A stretch of DNA of 61,315 nucleotides, filler included, from Hausera hauseri (Eukaryota): the NCBI GenBank assembly GCA_046269625.1. It is 10 parts of 10 records of this genome, joined end to end, with 100 filler letters (N's around TTAATTAATTAA, not from the genome) between each part and the next. Parts side by side here need not be neighbours in the genome. Positions count along the whole stretch, not along the records: positions 1 to 5,139 come from JBJURY010323939.1; positions 5,240 to 13,593 come from JBJURY010674328.1; 8 more parts are not named here. One strand, 5' to 3'. Shown here in pieces: positions 1 through 11,170 of the stretch (its first letter is position 1; each line of letters begins with the position of its first letter). Both the position numbers and the translations under genes were made by a program. The notes under the pieces were generated by a model. It was not told the DNA's origin and did not search any database. It saw nothing but the letters and a program-made list of their open reading frames with translations.

Positions 1-293
1 ATAAAATCATTGAACAATAACACCTACTCAAACACCGTTCCTGACCCGACCATCCTACTCCAAACTCCACTTGATTTCTCATCAACAATTAATCACCATA
101 TACCAAGTACTGCTAGCAACCTCCTTTCATCGCCAGTGACAACATCCCAACAACTACTCGCAAGTTTACAAAAATTCGTCCATACTTTTGTCCTCGTATA
201 CTTTAGAAAGATAGGAATTTCACTCCAGTAAACAGCATTTACCACCATATAATTACAAGACTTCAAAGGCCAATTAGACAAAAGGTCCATCCA

Positions 294-1426
294 TTGTCAC
301 CGCGACGCAGACAAGCAGTAGAAGCTGAATTTATGGAACTCGAACAATCAGGTATCGTCCGCAGATCTAAATCACTATGGTCTTCACCTCTCCATGTTGT
401 ACAAAAAGATGGATCCTTGCGACCATGCGACTATTACTTCCAACTTAATACTTTAACCACAATGGACGCATATCCACTACCATTAATCAAAGACATATTA
501 TATCGGCTTAATACTACTTCAGTTTATTCGACAATCGATTTAGCCAAAGCTTACCACCAAATTACTTTTGCACCGGACGACATCGACAAAACTGCAGTTA
601 CCACACCTTTCGGTCTTTATAAGTACTTGTATATGCTTTTCGGTCTCCGGAATATCGCGCAGACTTTTCAGCGACACATCGACTCAATACTTTCAGATTT
701 CACCTTTGCGCATCCATATATTGACGATATCTTGGTTGCCTCTTCATGAGTTAAACAACACGAGGAACACCTACGATCCATTTTCAAACGATTTAACCAG
801 TTCAACCTACAGATCAATTTCGCAAATGTAACTTCTTTCAAAAGCGCATTAATTTCCTCGGACATATTATCTTTTCAAACAGCCATTCACCTCAGCCTGA
901 TCGAGTCGAGTCTCTTAAAAATGTCCAACTACCTAAGACAACAACAGAAATGCGCAGTTTTCTCGGTACCCTGCATTTCGTCCACAAATATATACCATAT
1001 TGTTCGGAACTCACGGCACCTGTTGCACATTTAAGCGGAGGAAAAGAACACCAGAAAATCGTGTGGACACCACAACGAGTCAATGAATTCGATAGATTAC
1101 GAGAAGGACTAAAGACTGTCAAAATTCTAGCATTTCCTAAATCAGATGTCGAGTTAATTTTAACTACAGATGCATCAAACATCGCAGTAGATGCTGTATT
1201 ACACCAGTTGTACAAAGGAGAAAATCAATTTCTAGAATTTTTTTCCCAAAAATTAACGCCACCAGAAAGTAGATATTCAACTTTCGATCGGGAACTGTTG
1301 GCAATAGTCCTTGCTTCAAGACATTTTTCTCATTTACCTACAGCCCTCCGTTTTGTTATACAGACTGATCACAAGCTTTTGATTAATATAATGGCAATGA
1401 AACACCCTTCAACTCGAAAAGAATAG
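294..1426 (+). pseudogene. Reverse transcriptase and RNase H (Gypsy), disrupted
   Basis: ORF 294-749 carries YIDD. ORF 950-1426 carries TTDAS and RELLAI. Confidence 0.93.
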
Positions 1427-1699
1427 CAAATTTCATATTTGTCCACATTCAACTTTGGCATTAAACATATCAAGGGTGTTGACAATCTAGTTGCCGATTT
1501 TCTATCCAGATCAGTCGCTTCGATCAATTTTTCGCCAATCTTCACTCAAACAAAGCTCCAGGAAAATTAGCCATCGCAAGATATTCTCAAATCGTTCAAA
1601 TCTCATCAGATAATCGACGGCGTGGCCTTAGATTCTTCCAAACCAGGACAATACAAAATGATTCTTGCTCTATCTTTACACAAGCAAGCATTCCATAAT

Positions 1700-2650
1700 G
1701 TACATTCGTCACATCCTCCTGGTGTTAAAGCAACTTTTCGTTTACTTCAATGACAAGTAGTGTGGCCAACCATGCGCTCCGATGTACAAGCATGGGTTAA
1801 AGAGTGCGTGCTTTGCCAAAATATAAAACAATAAAACATCTAAAACCTCCATTATACCACTTTCCATGCACATCACGTTTTGAAACTGTACATATTGATA
1901 TCGTCGGTCCCCTTCCAATAGACAACGGCCACCAATTTATTCTTACCATAATAGACCGTGCCTCACGATGGCCGGAAGCCGTTCCACTGCACAGCAAAAA
2001 CACTGACAATAGCCGATACTTTCATCCCTACGTGGATTAATAGATTCGGATCCCCTCGTTACATTATCTTGGATCAAGGCTCTCAATCCGAATCAAATCT
2101 GTTCAAATCTATAGTCATCCGATTAGGTATAACTCATATTCATACTACACACTATCATCCCAAATAAAATGGCCTGCTCGAACGTTTCCACCTAACCTTG
2201 AAAACATCACTTCGAATCCTTGCGTAGTCAAACACCAATTGGACTACACTTTTACCGTTCATCCTGCTTGGCTGGCGGAACACTCCGTCCACTTCCACAG
2301 GATGTTTACCAACGGAAGCATTATTCGAAACCCCTGTACGGTCATTGTTCGAATTAACCTCTTTAGAGGAGACTCCTACAGATGAGAGGATACGATCAGC
2401 ACAGGATCATTTTGTTACAATCAGCAAAGATTTGTTTTGCAGGCTCTTACACAATGACAAATCTTCCATACCTGAAGACTTATACTCAGAAAAGTTTGTA
2501 TGGCTAAAAATCCAGACATCTTGCGGTTTCCAGTCACAGTACTTAGGACCATAAAAATTAATACAACTACATTCACATAGCTGTTATTCTGAAAGACGGA
2601 AAAGAAGTTGTAGTGCATATTACTAATATAAAACCAGCCTTTTACGTAGA
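1700..2650 (+). pseudogene. Gypsy integrase, disrupted
   Basis: HPPG/WPTM zinc-binding remnant, HIDIVGPLP, IILDQGSQ, HPK*NGLLERFH, YLGP (GPY/F) across shifted frames. Confidence 0.9.
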
Positions 2651-3198
2651 CGATACTTCACCTCATTCCTCACACATATAACCACCTCTACCTCGACTTC
2701 GATTACTCAGTCCACCACACGTCATTCCGCTGATACTGTCCCTGTGCTTACATTGTCACCTACCAATTTCAATCCTGCCTCCATCTCGACATTTCCATCT
2801 ACCCCTACTTTCATCACTATTTCTGATCCGCACTCATCTGTTATACCTTCGCCTTTTCCTACACCAGGTCTCAATTCATCACCTGCTCAAACTACAGCAG
2901 AAAACGGGTATAATCTACCTACAGTCGTTTCTGCTCCACCTTTTGTATTACCTTACCTAGCAACAACATCCAATCACACTGAAACTAAAAATTTTTTTGA
3001 TAAACCCTACCAGCGGCCAAACACTACAGTGAAGGTACGTCTTAAATCCATTACTTTCAGTAACTATGGCACAGAATTAAACAATGAAGGAGTACAACGC
3101 CTCGTACGCACGAAAACTTAATAGGCAAAATTTGTTTGCCCTCAGAACTTTCTTTCAGTCTTTTCTTTTAGTTTCTCAACTCAGCCACNNNNNNNNNN

Positions 3199-3360
3199 TG
3201 TCAATAGATTTTGGTGCATAATATTATTGCATGTGACGGGTTGCTGCATACGTTCCAATTTCATCACTAGCGATGATGGGTAATACATCCCAAGTGGATC
3301 AAACACTTGAATATTATCTGGTGATACATATACTGATACCCAGTCTTCTCCTGGTTGTAG
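3199..3360 (-). pseudogene. Fragment of an adenain-like (Polinton-type) cysteine protease
   Basis: PGEDWVSVYVSPDNIQVFDPLG...CNNIMHQ resembles the PGxHWV..FDSFG..YN...Q pattern. The catalytic His is replaced by Asp, and the fragment is cut by the N gap. Confidence 0.5.
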
Positions 3361-3620
3361 TGTCATCACCTTTTACATACTTTGGAGAGTGTAGTTTTAA
3401 ATCTTGACAAATTTCTCCCTGCTGTTTATCACATTTTAAATGGTTTTCAATTGATTTAACTGTGTCGTCAGACAGCCATTCGTCATTGGTTGTATTCCAT
3501 TTATTATTATCGTATACTCTGATATCATAATCAATGTGCTGATAAGAAATAGCACTTTCGTTATTATACCGGTGATGAATTCTGCCACTAGAAAGATTTT
3601 TCAATTGCATTTTACGGACT

Positions 3621-4114
3621 CTACGGCTTGAAAAAACTTGAATTTTTAAACGAATAAAATTCAACATTTTCGTTCTCTTCTTTGTTCCGATAAACGCGGC
3701 TATTGAAATTGTCGAAATTTTTCATCGGCCTATTACTGCGCCCTCTGATACGTCCACTGCCTCTGAATATTTTTGGTTTCTCGTAAATTCTATTATTATT
3801 ATAACCATTTTCATTCAATTCATTGGTAAGATCATTCGAAGCAACTTCGACGCTAATTGGTTTTCCTTTTGATTTTGGAACATCTTTCCAATCATCGTTC
3901 AGTTTTAACGCTTGTGGATTTATTCAAATATTTTATCTACAGCAACTGTTATTTTATAATTTGAATCAAATAATGCTGTGACTGCTAGATCATTCGAACA
4001 GTCCGTTAATTCACATACCTGTTTTACGACATTTAACAATTCAGTTTCAGAAATCTTAATATTAGAATGAAGAATACCCATTTCTGTCGTTTTAAGTATT
4101 TCAGCTGAGTTCAT
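3621..4114 (-). pseudogene. UBAP2/Lingerer-like N-terminal fragment (UBA domain plus RG-rich segment), frameshifted
   Basis: VKQVCELTDCSNDLAVTALFDSNYKITVAVDKIFE fits the UBAP2-type UBA. In another frame it is followed by DDWKDVPKSKGK and RGSGRIRGR. Confidence 0.6.
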
Positions 4115-4889
4115 CTTTTACTCAATGTTCGTATATATAAATGTGATTTAGACTTTCGTAATAAAAGTAATTTTTGTAACAAAAAGTAAACCAATATAAA
4201 TTATGACATTGAACAGCCGGGATGGGGTTTCATAGGCGGGAGCCTGATTCCGTATTTTGTACTTTCCTTGTACAATGTATTTTAATTACGCGGTAACTAC
4301 GAATTGAAAGTTAATATTTTTTGAGCGTTTAGAATAAAAATTCATCTGTTGGAATTGACTTCTATTCTCAAAATTTAATGAGAAGTAGCAAAGAAAAGTA
4401 CCCCTCATCACTTCAAAAGTATTTCAAAGGGTCCAAATTATCACGATATAATAATATACTGTTGGTACAAAGAAATCTAGAATTTAATATTTCGATGCAC
4501 CAACAAATTTGGGTTAAAGTTTTTGAATATTTTATCCTTTTTAATTACTTCAAAAGCTCAGTAACCGATACAGATATATCTATTCGACAAACTACAAGTG
4601 GTGTCAGTATATGTGCAGCACAGATTCCGTTGAAACAAATAATTGTATTTGTCGGACTTTGGAATACAGATTGTTACCGGTGATTTTGACAGAAATTTGT
4701 ACACTTGGAATTTGGAACGATGTGGTGAGTCGGGTTTTTGTTCGCGGGACACCCTGCGGCTGTTTTTTTGTGTCACAATTTGCTTATTGAGTTAAAATTG
4801 GGGAACTATATCATAATTAAGCTTCAAAAAAATTATCCGCACGAAGCATTCTGGTATGTGACAAAGAGAATGATACTTCTTCAACGGCT

Positions 4890-5139
4890 TTGAAAGAAAA
4901 ACTGATCAATTACTTGAAAAAGAATGAAGTTGTTAAGACTAAAATGGGTGATCTACTAGATGTACCTGAAAATTACTTAACTAGAGACGAACTGTTTTTA
5001 AAGAGTGTTTTAAAATGCAATCTTGGTGAAGCAGTTGTGATAGCTAGTGAAAAATGTTTGTTCCATTTGATGAGAATGAAACTCTTGTAAAGGATGATTT
5101 TAAACTAATTGAAAAAACTGTAGTGATGGAAAAAAGTTT
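4890..5139 (+). mobile_element. Possible MULE/Mutator transposase fragment
   Basis: DVPENYLTRDELFL...AVVIASEKCLFHL resembles the segment before the first catalytic Asp of MULE transposases. Truncated by the contig end. Confidence 0.35.
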
Positions 5140-5239
5140 NNNNNNNNNNNNNNNNNNNNNNNNNNNNNNNNNNNNNNNNNNNNTTAATTAATTAANNNNN
5201 NNNNNNNNNNNNNNNNNNNNNNNNNNNNNNNNNNNNNNN
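5140..5239. other. Artificial contig linker (first of nine; others at 13594-13693, 23450-23549, 28020-28119, 33269-33368, 39398-39497, 44683-44782, 50379-50478, 56706-56805)
   Basis: Identical 100-nt N44-TTAATTAATTAA-N44 block with stops in all six frames. Sequence content changes abruptly at each one. Confidence 0.98.
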
Positions 5240-5271
5240 AAAAATGCCGACTAACCCACAAAGGAAGCACA

Positions 5272-5900
5272 GTGTATGGAGACAAAACTAAATATCAACC
5301 TTTATTCATTGGAAACCGTAGGGAACGTATGCTGATTACTCGTTTCCTACGAGGAAAATTATTATTATTTTCTATGGCGGACGTAATTAATCTCCTCCAA
5401 AGAATTTCCCCGAAACTAATAGCAAATAAACCTCCCAAAAGAATTGCCAAACTGACCAATAGATGTATGGGACTATTTAAGAGTTATGGTGAAGAATTAA
5501 TAAATAACGTCCATTCGGATTCCTTCATGGTCAAATGTTAGATGACGTATACCCTTATTGCAATAAAAGACGAACTTATACAAGAGGAAATAGATGCTTA
5601 TGATAAAAAAGAAACACAAATATTATGAAACAATTATCTGAATAGGGATGTAAATACTTCATTAGCTCCATTAGATTACGAAGATATAGATAAATTTGAC
5701 ATAGTAAATGCAAACGGATTTTCTGGTAGGTTACATGCACTATGATATCGATTAATATTTTGCGAAATAAGTAATAGTGAGGAAATAGATAATCCATTTA
5801 AAAAAGAACGAAAGAGAATAATAAGCAAGTGTCAATTAAGATTAGATAAAGAAAAGGACGAGATAATTGATATGGTGAGGAATATATGACGACTAAATAC
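5272..5900 (+). pseudogene. Unknown protein fragment, paralogous to part of ORF 7458-8648
   Basis: YQPLFIGNRRERMLITRFLRG matches YEALFIGSKAERNVLTGFLRG, and NPFKKERKRIISK matches ENFKLESERIISQ. Confidence 0.55.
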
Positions 5901-6332
5901 GTTTGCGAAAAGAAGTATGCTTATCTACTATAATAAAAAGTCATCCGGAATGGAAGAACGCAAAGACTCATTAAACAGCAACGGTAAGATTGAAGAAAGT
6001 ACCGATAAGAAATCATTAATGATAGCTGAAACATAACACGAGATATATCAGTTTAACGCGAATTACAAACAAACTACGATCAACGACAATGTCAATTTGA
6101 ATGAATCCTCAAAGACAACTGAACAAACGGTACAGAAGGAAATTACAAATTACAAACGGACATCAAATGAAAATCAATTTAGCACAGTTAACAGCGGGTT
6201 TACTTACTCAACATTAATATTACTTGTTATACCATTCATGCTATTTGGAACACCGAAGCTACTCCTACGATAGTAAACACTACTCAAGAAAGTTCATCAA
6301 TTTGGTTAATATTATTAATCTTAGTTAATTTA

Positions 6333-7133
6333 TTGTTTCACATGAAGCCATTCGAGCAATCAAATAGTGATGAAGAGATAACTCCAGCCGAAGGACACAC
6401 TACAACAGAAGAAGTTCCAACCATTAAACCCAAATATATAAAACGCCGAACCTTAGCATGCATGATGGAAATATCAATTAATAAACCTTTGTTATCTAAT
6501 AGCGCCAAGGAAAAAATTGACCTTATAGATGAAGATTGCCGCAGACGAACAGAATCAAATGAATCCCAAAACCCCGTACCGAACCAATATCTATCACTAT
6601 CTCGACAAGTACAACATTATGAGAAAAAGGGACTACAAGAAGATAAACGAGAAAATCAAATTTTTATTAAGAATTATGATCAAATAACAGAACGGTTAAC
6701 ATTGGACGGTACAGTTAAACTAAATTTAGAAATTTATGCAAAAAATCCAAAACATAATCACCATTATGTACAGTTAATAATACAGAATGAAGATATTATC
6801 AACTATATGAAAGAAGAAATTTACTCTCCATTTGACATGCTTTTGGAAGAAACTGAAATAATCATAACACTAATTGCCAGAGGAATAGAATCAATAACAG
6901 ATCACCCCTACTTGACTGTCAATAAAGTAATTACAATACTTCGTGATATAAATATACTTCGCAAAGACCGGCATAATTTATCAACTGAAGAATATGAATT
7001 ATATACTGTAGCCAACCGCTTAGCCCAATTACCACTGGATAATAGAAATCCCGTAACGATACTCGACCAAGCTCCGAACAAACGGATAATAGTTAACAAC
7101 CTCAGACAAACCTATGTAATGCAGCTAGAATGA
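6333..7133 (+). CDS. Hypothetical protein, piece of a long decayed A-rich ORF
   Basis: 266-aa ORF with no recognised motif, co-oriented with its neighbours. Confidence 0.45.
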   Translation: MFHMKPFEQSNSDEEITPAEGHTTTEEVPTIKPKYIKRRTLACMMEISINKPLLSNSAKEKIDLIDEDCRRRTESNESQNPVPNQYLSLSRQVQHYEKKGLQEDKRENQIFIKNYDQITERLTLDGTVKLNLEIYAKNPKHNHHYVQLIIQNEDIINYMKEEIYSPFDMLLEETEIIITLIARGIESITDHPYLTVNKVITILRDINILRKDRHNLSTEEYELYTVANRLAQLPLDNRNPVTILDQAPNKRIIVNNLRQTYVMQLE

Positions 7134-7180
7134 AAAAAGGAAATTAGACAGTTTAATTTGGCCGGAAAAATACATTAATA

Positions 7181-7450
7181 ATGTACCAGGATGAAATACG
7201 ACCTCGTCAAAGGAGCAACTTTGATGTCTACCAAAGCATTCAATACGCAAATTACCTATGGGAAACACCCGACAATATAAAAAAGAAACTTATATCCTTT
7301 TACCTCAACATGTATAAGAAATATTTTGAGCAATACTTAAAAGAATCAAAATATAATCCTAATACTCATTCCATGAAACATAACTTACTACTAATCACCA
7401 GTTTTCAACGCCATCTTTCCAAGGAAGGACACCGAAAGGATAAATTATAG
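7181..7450 (+). pseudogene. Hypothetical fragment of the same decayed ORF
   Basis: 89-aa ORF bridging 6333-7133 and 7458-8648. Confidence 0.35.
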
Positions 7451-7457
7451 CTCAGAG

Positions 7458-9353
7458 TTGAGAATATTTGATGAAATTATGAATGTATCAGGCCTAAAGC
7501 TCTCATGGTATAATCCTATGCATAAACTAGCCAAAGCTTTGAACTATAGGTGTGGAATACAATCTACCCATCTCGAAAACCAGAAACATAAATTAATAAT
7601 TATGTATGAGCTACAACTGTTAATTATACCACAATTGTTAACAAAGATACGATCAGTTGACTTACTGAATGTAAGACATAATTTTAGTGAGAGCGAAACA
7701 CTTGTAATCGGATCCGCCATAGATTACGAAGCTTTATTTATAGGTAGCAAAGCTGAACGAAATGTTTTAACAGGATTTCTTCGAGGAGATAAAGCCTCTC
7801 TCTCGGTCAATCACATCGAAAGAGAAGTCGAAAGTGAATTACTTGGCATAAAAGATTATGTTAATGACGATGAAATGTATAGTGTAATTAATTACCATCA
7901 AACTTTGTATGAATGGTTTGGATTAGAATTTGGACAACAATGTAAAGGCGACATATACACACCATGTATTATAGCCTATTCAACGATGAAATTAAAAGAT
8001 AAACTCGACAATGAAGCGTTACAAACAATAGAAGAAGAGGAAATCAAAATTCTATGGAATAAATATTTGAAACGAAATTCAAATCATGAGCTTACCAAAC
8101 AGGATTACCAAGATATATACTCATTTTGTAATGTGAACGTAGACGGATTATCTAGACGAATAAATGCTATTCGATACCGTTTAATATTTTGTTTACTACC
8201 TATACCAAATCAAAAAGCTGAAAACTTTAAATTAGAGAGTGAAAGAATAATATCACAAATAAGGCCAATTGGCCGAGACAGAATTAATGACTGGATAAAA
8301 TTCGTAACTAAACCCTTTACCCTAGCAGCACCAATGCTTATGCCATCATTTCTAATTAAGAAAGCTAATGCAGAAATGACTACCTACATTACAGTATCAG
8401 CAAATAAGCCAACATTCTCTCCAATATCCATAGTAGAATACACTATTTCTGTAATAATATTAACACTTCTAGTTAGTCTTATAATAGGAACAATACTATT
8501 CTTTAACAAGAAAGTTAACCGAAATAAGCGATTCAATTCTACTAAACAAAATATATTACAAACAATTAGTGGATTTATGATTAGAAGTAGCCTAATACCC
8601 ATGGTTAAAGCCAAAACATGTAATAAAGAGACATATGCCTACAATTGAAAGATGGATATAATAAGACTAATGTTGCTAATATCATTCGTTATTGCATTAA
8701 TTAGTTACATCGCCACATTAATCAAAAGGTCTTATAAAATACGGCGAGAAATGAGAAGAAGAGAACAATTAATGTTGGACGTGGAACCAGCAAATGAGGA
8801 ACCACCTCCAAAGTATGACGATGTCTCGAGCAAGTCACCATGTATTTATAAACGAATAGCAATACCCGTGGCCTTGTCAGCACTCAACGTAACTTCAACT
8901 GAAGCAAGTCAATATGAGTATGCAGTCATCTCTGCCCTACCAGTTGTAGATTATAAATTATTTTTACTACTAATGTTTCTAATTGGTTTAGCCAGTAGCA
9001 CAGTCGCATTAATAGTAGTAGCATTTTATAAATTTTGCCGGGTAGTAAAATATTATCAAAGGATAGCCAAACAGTCGCCTCCTCCTGATTACGAAGCATA
9101 CCATAGAAATTATGGTAGACCAAATCCAATACTTATACCTACCCTAGTAATATGTTGTTTAATTGGAAACTGTGCTGCTCAACCAATCAGTTCACGTGAA
9201 CAAAATTATTCGAAATATGTAAAATTCATATCATACGTATTAGCGATATATGTAGTCGAACAATTAACGGAATTAATTCGATTCGCGAGGCAACAATGGG
9301 AAGAGAAGAAACGAGCTAGCAGAGAAGAGTTTTGGGTAAAGTTTCTGACATAA
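7458..9353 (+). pseudogene. Multi-pass membrane polyprotein with repeated signal-peptide/TM/PPxY modules (one in-frame TGA at 8646-8648)
   Basis: ORFs 7458-8648 and 8652-9353 are in the same frame. There are four hydrophobic TM-like stretches plus PPPKY and PPPDY. Confidence 0.6.
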
Positions 9354-9655
9354 TAGTCCCTATGATAGTCCTAAATTACGTGATACATAAAGTAGAAATG
9401 ACCGAAAACCCGTGGACAAAAGATTCTCATATACAACGGTTACTAAAGAAATAGTCAACTGTTTTAACAAAAGGAATTGTTAAAAGCCATACATGGCCAA
9501 GAGCGGAATTAGACGATATATCCTGGATGGAAGATGAATAAATACAATTAAAACTTAATAGAATAACAATAAACCGACTCATCGTTTCAGAGAATAATAT
9601 ATTTAAATCAATCACCAATACTATTCTAGTAGAATTTGGGAAAACCTATAAAGAA

Positions 9656-10021
9656 ATGTCGACAGAAGATAAATTCTTACTTCTAAAATCATGTGATTCA
9701 ATACGGAATAATGAAATAGCAAAAGGTAACACTTGGAACAGTTCAGCATTAATAAAAAGATTCAAATTTTATAAGATGAATGACGTAGACCGATCAATCG
9801 AAGTACATGGAATAACACATTTGCTACAAATGCTTAATAAACCACGAAAACAAGACCTGGATGTGGAATGTGAAATTATTAAGCTGAAACAACAATATCC
9901 AAAGAAGAGTCTTAATGAAATTATACATTTCCTCCGTCAACAACATTTAAAAACCAGAAAACAGAAAGTATCAAAACAGAGCCAGCCAAAAAAACGGCAA
10001 CAGAATCAGATTCTGAGTTAA
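9656..10021 (+). CDS. Hypothetical basic protein, probable continuation of the decayed ORF
   Basis: 121-aa ORF with no recognised motif. Confidence 0.3.
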   Translation: MSTEDKFLLLKSCDSIRNNEIAKGNTWNSSALIKRFKFYKMNDVDRSIEVHGITHLLQMLNKPRKQDLDVECEIIKLKQQYPKKSLNEIIHFLRQQHLKTRKQKVSKQSQPKKRQQNQILS

Positions 10022-10089
10022 CTTACAAACAAATTTAGATGCGTATATTTTTATGGGAAATTAATAGATCCCCGAATAAACAACAGTCT

Positions 10090-11170
10090 ATTGAATATCC
10101 GGTAACCAGCACATCAGAAGATTCTCCTCGTTTGGTGTTTCATCGCCGAGTATTTTCCGTTCTGCATCGCCCGAAGTGAGACTGAAACGACCCTCGAAAG
10201 ATGTTTTGTGGGTTTGACCTTCGGCAACGCAATATCGTTGGAACGATTTTCGAATTCTGATTTGCGATATTTGAACTCGCGGTCTTTCTGATTGTTTGAT
10301 AAGTTCGACTCGAAATGAATGGTAGTCAAAAAGGAATGAGAATTCTTGTTGGACGTCGAGAAAGCTGGCGAGAAAGTACTACAAGAATTGTTCAGACATT
10401 TGTCATAATATACTGTGATGGTGCTGCCGTCGACCACTTGCATTTCATCATAAATAAAGGGTTTTATATCAAGCGATGATGACGGTGCATCCGAAAAGTG
10501 GCGCATTAGTAAATTGTGTTGTGACTGCAATGTCTCGTTCTAAATGAGAGATGTATTGTCGTTGACAGACTGTCGTGGACGATCAGGTGTATCCGTGAAT
10601 ATATGTTTCAATTCGTACTCCTCATTTGGTGTATCTTCTTTAACAAACGAAATTGTCTCTGTTGGTCGAGTGACAGTGGCTGCCTCTTGTGCAGCGGCAA
10701 TATTCAGACGATGAAGTTCCAAGGATGACAGATTTTCCGGGTTGATCATTGGATCTATTATTTTTAAGAAAAATTTTTGGGCTTCTAAGTATGGTTTATC
10801 TGTGTTAAAGATTTCTGAAGTCCCATTCAACGTTTGTAGGAATTTGCCAGGAAGGAGAGAGAGAGAAAAACGATAAAGCCTTCTCCATGGAACTCATGTA
10901 AAGGCTGGCCGACCATCCAGAATAAATGATGATCCATGTAAGTGACTGTTGTCATGGTCCAAGAGGAAAGACACACATAGAAAGTAACGTGGGTCTCCAA
11001 AAACAACGGTTTCCGGTATCCCACTTCTGACACCAATGTGTATGTCTCTCATATTATTTCTGTTAATTCGATAAAAATTTTTGATAGAAATTGATCTTTA
11101 AGAATTTGAATAAGTTTAGTTACAAAAATGACGCCGGCTAGAAAAACTAAAATCAAAATATAAATGACTG
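10090..11170 (-). mobile_element. 5' fragment of a second LTR retrotransposon (LTR end, PBS, decayed gag-proximal ORFs)
   Basis: PBS at 11018-11035 followed by minus-strand ORF pieces 10540-10830 and 10114-10530. Boundaries are approximate. Confidence 0.55.
11018..11035 (-). promoter_or_regulatory. Primer-binding site (tRNA-Leu) of an LTR retrotransposon
   Basis: The minus strand reads ...CACA T TGGTGTCAGAAGTGGGAT. This is complementary to the tRNA-Leu 3' end and lies 1 nt after a CA LTR terminus at 11037. Confidence 0.85.

Larger units (their letters stand above)
230..3188 (+). mobile_element. Degenerate Ty3/Gypsy LTR retrotransposon pol region, family A copy 1
   Basis: RT (WSSPLHVVQK, IDLAKAYHQI, FGLRN, YIDDILVAS), RNase H (LTTDASN, YSTFDRELLAI, TDHK) and integrase (HIDIVGPLP, SRWPEAVPL, DQGSQ) in Gypsy order, with many stops and frameshifts. 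Ends at GCCAC, which precedes the G-rich PPT in the other two copies. Confidence 0.95.

Noticed and set aside
5184-5195. Recurrent TTAATTAATTAA as a biological repeat or CRISPR-like element
   Set aside because: It is always centred in N runs, so it is a synthetic six-frame stop linker.
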